Of a DNA stretch of 40,855 bases, positions 1 to 10,646 are shown piece by piece (within the stretch, counting starts at the first letter, position 1; every line of letters starts with the position of its first letter). The stretch is from assembly GCF_001194135.2 (NCBI RefSeq), contig NC_068984.1, positions 36,659,445-36,700,299 of the forward strand, read 5' to 3'. Position numbers and translations under genes: made by a program. The DNA is from Octopus bimaculoides. Its lineage: Eukaryota. Below the pieces are notes generated by a model. That model searched no databases and was not told the origin of the DNA. It was given only the letters and a program-made list of their open reading frames with translations.

Positions 1-197
1 GAGCTGTAGCACTGTCTGCCATTTGTTCATTGAGTGCTCTATGTATTTTATGATAATTGGTGCCACCTTGTTTATGGCTGGTGTTTCCAGAATCCACGCG
101 TGGGGAACACTGTCGAAAGCCTTTTGGTAGTCCACCCAGGCCATACTGAGGCCTTTCTTCTTTCTGCGGCTGTCTTCAGTTATGGCTTTATTGATCA
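1..197 (-). mobile_element. Dong/R4-like non-LTR retrotransposon, reverse transcriptase fragment (runs off window start)
   Basis: The minus strand reads without stops: INKAITEDSRRKKKGLSMAWVDYQKAFDSVPHAWILETPAINKVAPIIIKYIEHSMNKWQTVLQL. This contains the non-LTR RT motif AWxDYxKAFDSVPHxWI. It is 5'-truncated at the (ATT)n tract. Confidence 0.8.
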
Positions 198-257
<60 letters not shown>

Positions 258-340
258 ATTATTATCATTATTATTATTATTATTGTTGCTGTTTTTGTTG
301 TTGTTATTTTTATTATTGTTATTATTATTATTATTATTTT
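198..340. repeat. (ATT)n microsatellite, probably the (AAT)n tail/target of the adjacent REL LINE
   Basis: Direct reading. It abuts the 3' UTR of the minus-strand LINE fragment at 341-887. Confidence 0.97.
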
Positions 341-887
341 ATTGTCTTTGCACAGTTTCGAATGCTGGAGATGTACTATAGTGTCAGTTGTTCACTACCT
401 GTGAACTAAGGTAACACCCCTTATTCTTCGAGCACCATCCGGAATATTTGAATGGTTCCAAGCAGTGCTGTTTTCTGCAAGTGCTCCACCCTAATTGCAG
501 CCACTATTTGTTCCATGTACTTCTCAACAGATTTACCCACCGTATCCAGGGCTCCGACAATTATTCTGTACTACTACCACCTTTTTCATCAACCACAATT
601 GCTTAACCTCCCAAGATAACCTGTTATATCTATCGATTTTCCTTTCTTTCTTATGGCATTCATTGTTGTCAGCTGGGCATACTATATCTATGATCCAGCT
701 TCGTTCGCTTTCTTTCTCAACTAACACTATGTGTGCCTTCTTATTCTCTATCGCATGGTCGCACTGATTCATAAAATCCCATAGGATCTTTGCATTATCA
801 TTTTCAATGATGCCTTCAGGTTTATGTTCTTACAACTATTTCGCTCTGTCAAGTCCATACTTGTTGCAAAATATCCAATGGACAATC
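341..887 (-). mobile_element. Dong/R4-like LINE 3' end with decayed restriction-like (REL) endonuclease domain and 3' UTR
   Basis: Minus-strand translation across frameshifts: VHWIFCNKYGLDRAK..EHKPEGIIENDNAKILWDFMNQCDHAIENKKAHIVLVEKESERSWIIDIVCPADNNECHKKERKIDRY...VEHLQKTALLGTIQIFRMVLEE* (stop at 421-423). This matches the decayed (R/K)PD..IID..EK..KY..QKxALLGT pattern of REL-clade elements. Confidence 0.8.
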
Positions 888-913
888 ATCATCATCATTA
901 TTATTTTTATTAT

Positions 914-1367
914 TGAGTGAGGGAGCATCGCATGCCATCAAAGTCCAGCATACGACGCCCAGTAAACACATCATGACTACCCGTCTGTTAAGGGTACACC
1001 AAGCATATGCATCACAACCATATGTTCGTGACATGGTGATCTCATATCAAGATAAACAGCGCATCACCTTTCAGGTCGGACCGTTAGAATTTTCTTCAGA
1101 TCGAGTAGCCCATCCTGCTCAAAATGTCCCTGAGCTACTCTAAACACATGGCTATGACGCTCCCCCACTACTTCTGCTCGTGATCAGAGATGCGCATATC
1201 CCCAGACAGGAAGGGACGTGCTCAATTGGTTAAGGTGAAACAACTGACAAGCAAATTTGTCTTATGGAGCAGAATGTTTATTGTAACCCATCTTTTATAC
1301 CAATGTACATGTTAACACTTCCAATCAGTTAAGACCAAAAACCACGAGAGCCACTGCTTTGTTGTTA
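914..1367 (-). mobile_element. Unclassified non-coding interspersed repeat flanked by (AAT)-type tracts
   Basis: About 450 bp of complex sequence bounded by ATT/CAT microsatellites on both sides. It resembles an abundant octopus repeat from memory. No tRNA A/B boxes or ORF recognised. Orientation is inferred from the (AAT) tail. Confidence 0.45.
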
Positions 1368-1389
1368 TTATTATCATCATTATTATTAC

Positions 1390-1487
<98 letters not shown>

Positions 1488-1520
1488 TTACTACTATTAT
1501 TATGATTATTATTATTATTT

Positions 1521-1555
<35 letters not shown>

Positions 1556-1598
1556 ACTGTTATTATCATTATCATCATTATTATAATTGTTGTTGTTA
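1368..1598. repeat. Compound microsatellite (ATT)n(AGT)n(ATT)n(GTT)n
   Basis: Direct reading. Confidence 0.97.
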
Positions 1599-2400
1599 TA
1601 AACAACCCGTTTTCATTCTTGACACATTCATTCAAAAACGCGCAAGTACGAATTATCATGAGATGAAGTGTCGAAGAATTTACCTAAGTGATGTCGGGAA
1701 TCATGCTTCCTTTACAAAGTTGCAGATCCATTCAGCATTAATGTGAGTGTATGCGCGTGTTTTATGCTTTCTAAACTGTGGCTGAGGAAAAAAGAAACAA
1801 AATTGTTAGCGCACTGATATATGGGGCGATGCGCTACAGGGATGACAGCAACAAAATTAAGCCTTAGTAGTGATGTAAATTATTAGATTTGACAGGTACT
1901 AAATCCTGATATAATCGCCCGTGTCATGTGCCCGTGTGAGGTGTATACATTCTGCGACTGATATACGTCCTACTGTGTGAGGAAAAAATGTAATAAAACT
2001 CATAGTACACGACAGAAGTTTATCTCTAGTTGGTGTAGTTGTAAGAGACATTTGAGTGCGTTCTGCCCAGAGGAGCTAGAAAGACAGAGAAAGAGAAGAA
2101 GGGGACGCAAGCAAAAATAACAACGTCTTAAAGAAAACTACCGTTCGCAAGCATAGCTTGAGAAGATGGGCGGATATCATCTTTTTATCGGTACCTCTAG
2201 GTTAAGGCCAAGACTATTGTTATATTCCGATATCACAACATTTTATTTTTGCGATGAGAATGAATGCATTTATGAATCAGACTGACAATCTATTTTACCA
2301 ATGCCTCTGATATTGTGAGGAAGAGTTCCATTTGTATTTCATTTCGTATTTCAAAAACGACATATTCAACATTCACTACATCTCTAAAACCATTACAATA

Positions 2401-2412
2401 ATCATCATCATC

Positions 2413-2460
<48 letters not shown>
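2401..2460. repeat. (ATC)n microsatellite
   Basis: Direct reading. A degenerate ATC-rich extension continues to about 2600. Confidence 0.95.
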
Positions 2461-2463
<3 letters not shown>

Positions 2464-3539
2464 ATTATCATTATCATCACCATCTACAATAACAATAGCA
2501 ACAACCTCATCAATATCATTATCTACATCCTCAACGCTGTAATTCAGCTTTACCTCCATATTATCATCTTCATCCACATCACATTCAGTATCACTTTGAC
2601 TGTTTGCTATTGCCACCATCTTTATTTCCAACATGACAGCCCTCACCAGAAAAACTATTTTTATTGTTCTTCTTGTTAGATTTAACATTACGAATGGGAA
2701 CACCATTTTATATAATGGAAATTTATGCTATTATGAATCTATAGATAAATAAACAGAAATATATCAAATAGGACAGACCAGGGTTCGTTTGATTTTCGGC
2801 TCCAACTAAGCAATAACTTCCAACTGATTACACTGAAACCATTGCATTAAGAGAAATGCCGTAATTCACCGTGTAAAAGTGTTTTGCTTTGTTTATGATA
2901 TTTTGTTTCCTGAGAGTTCGTGTCATATATTTGTTGGATATTTTACTTTTATTTTGTAACGTTTTTAATGTTGCTATTGTCGATATTAAGTAAACTCATT
3001 TTTATATTAAGTTCTATGTTTTACTTGATTCAAAACGACAACAGGCGTTTTTTAACAAGTCGGTAGTTAAATACTTTACGCTTTTCCTAAATCGGTTTTT
3101 AGTTTTGGCTTTGGTTTTCCAGATATTTTAAACAAAGATAGGTTGGTGGAGGAGAGAGATTTGTGAAGCATTTAAGGGGGACTGAAATTGTAATTTAATA
3201 GTTAACATTCTATTTATTTTCCTGATTTTGCTTTGAATATTTAGCAGTGTATTACTGGTTTCCTGGCATATCCTAAAGGTTCTGATGGCAAAATGATTGA
3301 AAATGTTACTTCATAGGAAGCAACTATATAAAATACTACCAGATCTAGACTATAACTTATAGCATTAAAGAAATATTGTCAATTTACCCATAATACAATA
3401 AGGCAGAAACGATGGGAATGAGTCGTTAACCATTGAATGAAATACAATATCAAAATCTTGTTAATCATTTACAAACCTATAAAAGATAAAACATCTCATC
3501 TCCTCGAGAGTGATGCGAAAAGAACATGAATGGAATGAA

Positions 3540-3618
3540 CATGAAGTGGAATGTAAATTTGAAATGAGCATGAAGTGGAATGTAAATTTGAAATGAGCAT
3601 GAAGTGGAATGTAAATTT
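3540..3618. repeat. 29-bp tandem repeat, about 2.7 copies
   Basis: The unit CATGAAGTGGAATGTAAATTTGAAATGAG starts at 3540, 3569 and (partially) 3598. Confidence 0.95.
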
Positions 3619-4454
3619 TCTACAGTTCCATCCACATATAATTTTCCCTTAGTCAAAGTTAATGTTAAACCAGTCTCTTTGAATTCTTCAAGCAGAGGAA
3701 ATTAAAGGAGGTATCATACACATCGATTGCCAACGAAATATGATGTAGTTTAATTTCCTTCCTTTGAAAGTTTCTTTAAATGGTGCTTATTTAAACGTCG
3801 GTTATCATATTAGTCAACAACTAATTAGATCATTCATTAGCAAAATGTTTAATTTTGTGTAACCACAAAATGAACACAAATTTTATTTTGCTCTTACTTC
3901 CATCGATTCTAATGACATGTTGTTAGTCGTAACTTTGTTATATTTGTTGCATAATTCAAATCAAGTTATGTCAGGAGAGTAAATTGTACTAAAAAGTAAC
4001 GATAACTTATCCCGTCTTTAAAGGTGTCAAATTCAATGAAACTTCTTTGGTCGTTTCAAACACTTCAGATACATTGTCGTATGACTTTCATTTTAGCTTG
4101 ATACGCTGAGCTTCTGAAAAGTGCGAATTGGATTAGCAACACTACATATTAACAAAAGAGAATTAGGCTGTCGTCATTGTAGTTAATGAATCCGAAAGCA
4201 GCATTAATCGAGCAAACCCATTAGCAAACATAACACAATATTGACTATATTATCTTTATAAGTGCAAGTATAACGTTACCTACTGTGTACTTTAGGCGAC
4301 CGACAGTATGTCGAGAGCAGACACAGAGGTTTGTTTCAGAGACATGTTGATCATTGTATTCTTCAGTATTTTAGTTGATTATCTTCAGTAAAGTCGACGA
4401 ATTTGCAAAACTGTTAAACGGTTCTTTTCGTTAAACGGTTCTTTTCTTTGTTTC

Positions 4455-4836
4455 TTCTACTTGTTTCAGCCATTTGACTGCAGCCATAGTGAAGCACCGC
4501 CTTTAGTCGAACAAAGGACACCAGGACTTATTCTTTGTAAGCCTCGTACTTATTCCATGTACCTCATAGCTATTCCATCTGCTAAGTTACGGGGACGTAA
4601 ACACACCAACATCGGTTGTCAAGCGATGGTGCGGGGACAGTCACAGACATACAAATACATACACACACACATATATACGACGGGCTTCTTTCAGTTTCCG
4701 TCTACCGAATCCACTCACCAGGCTTTGGTCGGCCCGAGGCTATAGTAGAAGACACGCAAGGAGCCATGTAGTGAGACCGAACCCGGAACCATGTGGTTGA
4801 GAAGCAAGCTTCTTACCACACAGCCACTACTGCGCC
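4455..4836 (-). mobile_element. tRNA-derived SINE (family A) with internal (CA/TA) tract and LINE-like tail
   Basis: The minus head GGCGCAGTAGTGGCTGTGTGGTAAG...CCGGGTTCGGTCTCAC carries A/B-box-like motifs. The body GCCTCGGGCCGACCAAAGCC..GTAGACGGAAACTGAAAGAAGCCCG is also present in the copy at 13735-14078. Confidence 0.85.
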
Positions 4837-5371
4837 TTTAATCTCATTGTATCCACACTAAATTTCTGCGCTTGGTACCGTTATTCCAACGACTACAACT
4901 CCGACGGTCGTCATTTCGGATTGATAAAATCATAGCAATCTAGGGTGATAGATTACTGAAACTGTCACCGTATGGGACAAGATGCTTTGTGGTAACTGTT
5001 TCGGGATCTTGCGTTTTCACAGCAACAACGCAACAACACCAATTACTAATTTTATAGCGGCGCTCTTTAACATGAACAACATCGGAAGCACTTAGAATGA
5101 GATCTGCGAAAATGGGCAACTGCTAGATTTCTAGAAAAAAGACCTTGTCTAAACCTGCCCTTAAGGACTCGGATAAATTTCCAACCCTGACCGGCGAGAC
5201 TCCGGATAATGTTTCCTGTTATTTTATCCATCCGTTTAACGCTATCCAGTATATAATTTTAAATATCGAATTATCAATATAGTTACTTATTGAACGGGTA
5301 TGTTTAAAATTTAGAACAAGAATCAATACTTTTCAGAGATTGTCTCTAAATCAAAAATGAGTAGAAGGAAG

Positions 5372-7582
5372 TTTTTTTTTTCACTAGACCGGGTTGTTAG
5401 CCCAGTGCTAAATCCCAACCTGGAGGACCAATTCAGTACTCTTTGTCTGGTCTCTAACCTTCAACCTGTCTGGCTTAGGTGGCCCTACCAGGAAACAAAT
5501 CTACTGCCAGTATAGCTCTCGTGGTCATGGAGACACACAAGCCCGGCAACCAACGATAAGGTGTTACTCATCTGCCGCAACGGCACTCTCAAACGACGTG
5601 GTTGAGGAAGAGTCCTCTCCGGTAGGACGCATGATGGGAGCTGGTGAAAGCCTTCAGGAAGCTAGTGCACCGACATCTTTTCTGGTGACCAAGACCGAAA
5701 CCAGAATAGGGACCTAAAACATCCGAACCCTATATGAGGCAGAAGAAAGAGTACACGCGTGTAGAGATATGCAATTACAATCAGAATATTCTTGACCTGT
5801 GCGAGTCAACATGGACGGGAACGGGATGTTCAAGGCTCACAAAGGGCGACAGCATCATCTACTCTGGACAGAAAGAAAGCCAGGCACATACGCACGGAGT
5901 AGCGCTGCTGATGATACCTGCAGCAACAGGAGCAATGCTGTCCTGGGACCCAGTGTCACCAAGGATCCTGACTGCAAGATCCAAATCAAAGGATAGGAAA
6001 GTTACTATCTTACAGTGCACCCAAAAATGCAGCAAATATAGTGGACAAAGAAGAATTTTATGAGTAACTCCAAGTGGTTATGGATAAAACACCAAAGAAA
6101 TATCTGGAGATTCTCGTGGAAGACTGGAATGCAAAAGTTGGGACAGACAATAAACACAGAGAATGGTTCATGGGCAAACATGGCATCGGAAGACAAAATA
6201 AAAATGGCGAACTTTTTACAGACTTTTGCTCATTAAACGACCTAGTCATAGGAGGCACTGCCTTTCCCCACAAGAAAATCCACAAGACAACAGGGAATTC
6301 CCCAGACGGCAATGTTGAGAACCAGATTGCCGAATTCACCTTGACAGAAAGTGGAGAAAGAGTGCATGACATCAGGATGAAGAGGGGAACTGCTACAGCA
6401 TCGGATCACCACCTGGTAGTGGCGGTTCTCAGTACCAAGCTGAAAAACTACAATGACCGAACAGGAAGACCATCACACAGGTACAACGTACGCTGCCTGA
6501 AATATAAAGAAATAGCAAAAAGATTCAAGGCCTTTGATAGTGTTAACAGAGATGGCATCTGGAGACTAATGTACCATTACGGCTTCCCACAAAATTTCAT
6601 CATCATCATACAACAGCTGTCAAGTCATCCGCAGCGGGAAACTGACGGAAGCCTTAAATGTACAAACCGGCGTGCGACAGGATTGTTTTCTTTCACCGAC
6701 GATATTCCTGATGGTGGTTGACTGGATCATGAGACGAGTCACAGCAGACAAGAGGACAGGCATCCAGTGGTCCTTCGATAAGCAGTTGGAAGACCTAGAC
6801 TACCCAGACGACATCTGTCTTCTCTCACACAAGCAGCAACATGCACAGGAGAAGTTATATTCTGTTGCAGAAGCGGAGAAGACTGGCGTCCAGATCAACA
6901 TTAAGAAGACAGAGGTCATGAGTGTGAACAACAGACAGCAAGACCCACTGCGACTATACCAGGTGGATATCAAGGATGTCGACAGGTTTTGTTTACATGG
7001 GCTGTATAGTTAGTATAGATGGGAGGACAGATGAGGATATTAAATACCGAATAAACAAATCCTGACACGTCTTCAGCATCTTGCGACCAATCTGGAAATC
7101 AACAGCCCTCTTACTCCACAACAATATCCAGTTCTTCAACACAAATGCTAAGTCAGTTCTCCTTTTTGACTCAGAAACATGGCGAGTAACCGAAACCCAA
7201 AAGCTCCAGACATTCATTAACAGATGTCTCAGAAACATCCTTAACATCAGGTGGCAAGAAGACGTCTCCAGTGAACAACTGTGGGACAGGACAAGAAAAG
7301 TCTCAATCGAAACAGATATCAAGGAACGAAAATGGGGATGGATAGACCACACTCTACGAAAGCCTGCACCAAGTGTCACCAAGCAGTCCCTTGAATGGAA
7401 CCCAAACGGGAAGCGAAAAGTAGGCCGACCAAAGTAGTCTTGGCGCAGGAGTGTCGACGCAGAGGTAAGAGCAGCCGGAATGACGTGAGCCGAGCTAAAG
7501 AGGATCCCCTAGAACCGCGTCCGTTTGAAAAATATTGTTGCGGCCCTATGTTCTCCAAGGCATCAAAAGGCCTAGGAAGAAG
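5372..7582 (+). mobile_element. RTE-clade LINE, decayed, with inverted 5' UTR segment and internal deletion
   Basis: APE endonuclease motifs (IGTxNIRTL, LCESTW, GVALL, DWNAKVG, SDHHLV), RT motifs (KAFDSV, GCFLSPTIFL, LDYPDDI) and an RTE C-terminus (WGWIDHTLRK, GRPK.SWRR). Positions 5372-5572 are the reverse complement of an RTE-type 5' UTR. Confidence 0.9.
5631..7575 (+). pseudogene. RTE APE-RT ORF, multiple frameshifts and stops
   Basis: Fragments appear in ORF-track entries 5734-6063, 6074-6721, 6672-7013 and 7081-7437. The catalytic YADD reads YPDD at 6801-6812. Confidence 0.88.
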
Positions 7583-7760
7583 ATGTAATATGACTCTCTT
7601 AAAAACTTCTATTCATGTAACGTACGAAATTAACATAATGCAAGTGTGTTACACATTCACGTATGCTTGTTGTGGAATTATGCATAGGTTTATATACCTC
7701 TATTAGTTTACTTTCCTATAAAAAATAAAAACATTAATAATTACAGAGACGAGACAATAG

Positions 7761-8049
7761 TATACAACATACACACTTCACGTTTATAAGCTACTTGTAA
7801 TATTTCTTTCTACATTAAGGCTGCCAGCTGGCAGAAACGTTCTTAGTTCAAATTCCGCCGAGGACAACTTTGCCTTTCATCCTTTCGGGGTCGATAAATT
7901 AAGTACCAGCTGCGTACTGGAGTCGATCTAATCGACTGGCTCCCTCCCCCCAAATTTCGGGCCTTGTGCCTAGAGTAGAAAAGAATATTATACAACATAC
8001 ACACTTCACATTTATAAGCTACTTGTACTATTACTTTCTACATTAAGGC
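7761..8049. repeat. 61-bp direct repeat (7761-7821 and 7989-8049) flanking a SINE
   Basis: TATACAACATACACACTTCAC(G/A)TTTATAAGCTACTTGTA(A/C)TATT(T/A)CTTTCTACATTAAGGC, with 3 mismatches in 61 bp. Confidence 0.93.
7817..7988 (+). mobile_element. tRNA-derived SINE (family B), internally deleted copy
   Basis: AAGGCTGCCAGCTGGCAGAAACG head, B-box-like AGTTCAAATTCC, central GCCTTTCATCCTTTCGGGGTCGATAAATTAAGTACCAG (resembles the Meta/MESC-type SINE domain, from memory), and tail GGCCTTGTGCCTAGAGTAGAAAAG. Confidence 0.8.
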
Positions 8050-8218
8050 AGAATCATTAGCAGGCTGGTCAAAATGCTTCGCAGCATTTCTTCCAGTTTT
8101 TCGTTCTGAGTATATATTCCATGCTTTTGAGTATAAATTGGGGTCAATGAAACGGTTACATGCTGGGATTGACGTTATCGACTGAACTCTTCCCCAAATT
8201 GGCTATAGTAGAAAAAAA
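8045..8218 (+). mobile_element. Older, degenerate family-B SINE copy
   Basis: GGCAGAATCATTAGCAGGCTGGTCAAAATGCTT head, plus GGGGTCAATG, ATCGACTG and AGTAGAAAA remnants. Confidence 0.6.
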
Positions 8219-8444
8219 TATTTCTTTGCACTTGTGAATTCATAAGTATAACTAATTGTAGTGGTACTTTCCCATGAATACAGGGCTTCATATATTAATA
8301 ACGTTGGATGATTCATGTAACAGTGAAAATCAACACTATGTAACAATACACTTACAAGCGTGAACGCTCGGATAATGATTATTCGTCCCAAACTGATCAT
8401 AATATTTATACAAGATGTTATCCTTCCAATAACGTGTAACTGTG

Positions 8445-8591
8445 GAAGACGTCTCCAGTGAACAACTGTGGGACAGGACAAGAAAAGTCTCAATCGAAAC
8501 AGATATCAAGGAACGAAAATGGGGATGGATAGACCACACTCTACGAAAGCCTGCACCAAGTGTCACCAAGCAGTCTCTTGAATGGAACCCA
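8445..8591 (+). repeat. 147-bp local duplicate of RTE segment 7258-7404
   Basis: Identical apart from one substitution (CAGTCCCTTG versus CAGTCTCTTG). Confidence 0.95.
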
Positions 8592-9085
8592 TTCAATAAT
8601 CATTAAATCTGGAATACATAAATTCTTATTATTTAGCTTTTGTCAAATTTGTTGATTCGTATTCCGTATAGTGAAATGAATACTTATTTATTCTCTTCAA
8701 TTCTCTTCATCTGTCTATATGATTGTTTCTTGCTCTCTATATGTGAGTTACCCATTGCCTTCCAACGAGCCAATTATCTGTACACAGTTTATGACACTTA
8801 TTTTAACACCCTCTATATCTCACTTTTCCTCTCTCTTCCATTTTCCACACGACATAAAGCGTGACTGTACAAACAACTAACCGACTAGTATTTCTGTCGA
8901 CGATTATTAAATCGAGATAATTTTAAATTTAAAGTTCCAAACACTAATATAAATTTTACCTCAAATACAATTATTTTACATATATTAAATCTCAACTTAT
9001 AGTTCAGGGATTGTTATAGCTAGAGTAAGCATAGATATTTTTTATCGAACTTGCAAATGGACCTTTCCCCTTTATAAATACATAC

Positions 9086-9690
9086 ATGCACACATATACG
9101 TGTGTATACATACACAAATATAGAGACACACACATATATATATGTACATATAATATGTATATATACATATATATACATATATNNNNNNNNNNNNNNNNNN
9201 NNNNNNNNNNNNNNNNNNNNNNNNNNNNNNNNNNNNNNNNNNNNNNNNNNNNNNNNNNNNNNNNNNNNNNNNNNNNNNNNNNNNNNNNNNNNNNNNNNNN
9301 NNNNNNNNNNNNNNNNNNNNNNNNNNNNNNNNNNNNNNNNNNNNNNNNNNNNNNNNNNNNNNNNNNNNNNNNNNNNNNNNNNNNNNNNNNNNNNNNNNNN
9401 NNNNNNNNNNNNNNNNNNNNNNNNNNNNNNNNNNNNNNNNNNNNNNNNNNNNNNNNNNNNNNNNNNNNNNNNNNNNNNNNNNNNNNNNNNNNNNNNNNNN
9501 NNNNNNNNNNNNNNNNNNNNNNNNNNNNNNNNNNNNNNNNNNNNNNNNNNNNNNNNNNNNNNNNNNNNNNNNNNNNNNNNNNNNNNNNNNNNNNNNNNNN
9601 NNNNNNNNNNNNNNNNNNNNNNNNNNNNNNNNNNNNNNNNNNNNNNNNNNNNNNNNNNNNNNNNNNNNNNNNNNNNNNNNNNNNNNNNNT
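9086..9690. repeat. (CA/TA)n microsatellite followed by assembly gap (N 9183-9690)
   Basis: Direct reading. Confidence 0.95.
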
Positions 9691-9784
9691 ATTATTGATT
9701 ATAATTCAATGGATAGACACAGAAGTGACATTATAAACAAGAGTAATAAATAGAAATAGTAATAAAAACAACAACAATGGCAAA

Positions 9785-9973
9785 AAGAAGAAGAAGAAGA
9801 AGAAGAAGAAGAAGAAGAAGAAGAAGAAGAAGAAGAAGAAGAAGAAGAAGAAGAAGAAGAAGAAGAAAAAGAAGAAGAAGAAGAAGAAGAAGAAGAAGAA
9901 GAAGAAAAAGAAGAAGAAGAAGAAGAAGAAGAAGAAGAAGAAGAAGAAGAAGAAGAAGAAGAAGAAGAAGAAG
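9785..9973. repeat. (AAG)n microsatellite
   Basis: Direct reading. About 62 units with two AAA interruptions. Confidence 0.98.
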
Positions 9974-10646
9974 ATCCAATTATTTTCCGTAATAGAATTA
10001 AAATACCTCCTCTGTGTGTACATGCATAGATTTTTAATTAAAATGTATAATGCTAGTGTCTGAACAAGCGCACAGCTTTAAAAACAAATCAAAAAACCTT
10101 TTTCGTTTATTGAAAACCGTTTCACGAATTTGAATTTTAACTATATTATATTGTATCATGTTATATGTAAGTCTTAAATATACATCAGATGATACTGACC
10201 CTTAGATGATATTCCTTGCGTATACATATAGCAAATGGAATTTTGATATGCTCGCTGTATCGGAAATAGTTTGTAAAATATGACAAACGGCTACAACCGG
10301 AAGTGTAAATTGGGATGTTGCACAATTTGGATAGCTGTTTACCGCTGTGCTGTGCCAGACTTGTTTATATTTGCAATAGCAATAAGAAATTCATTCCTCA
10401 CTATGTCAAATTTTCCTTGTATAGTTTGCGCATAATTTCCTGAGTGTTAACTTAAATGTTTTCACAAGACTTTCGCTGACTGATATTCAGAATGACACAT
10501 CACATTAGCCACGAACTATATTTATCTTGTGTAATTAATAACATTCAGCAACTAACTCTATAAACAAATGAATTTTCTTTGCCTATAGCTTGCAAATTCT
10601 CTTCTATGTTTCGAAATATATTAGCATATTTGGAATAAATCTAGTA

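Noticed and set aside
3547-3557. TGGAATGTAAA, identical to the 5' end of miR-1
   Set aside because: The match stops after 11 nt, lies in a tandem repeat unit and has no pre-miRNA hairpin.
4296-4328. 33-nt AG/GT-flanked candidate micro-exon
   Set aside because: Weak splice context, no recognisable peptide and no partner exons.
4413-4446. 17-bp tandem duplication GTTAAACGGTTCTTTTC beside the SINE tail as a TSD
   Set aside because: Both copies are on the same side of the SINE and the word is not found at the other end, so this is a simple local duplication.
9706-10023. Poly-Arg/Phe/Leu ORFs here and similar poly-Ile/Leu/Asp/Met, (YI)n, (HT)n, (CV)n and poly-X ORFs elsewhere
   Set aside because: These are translations of microsatellites and N-gaps.
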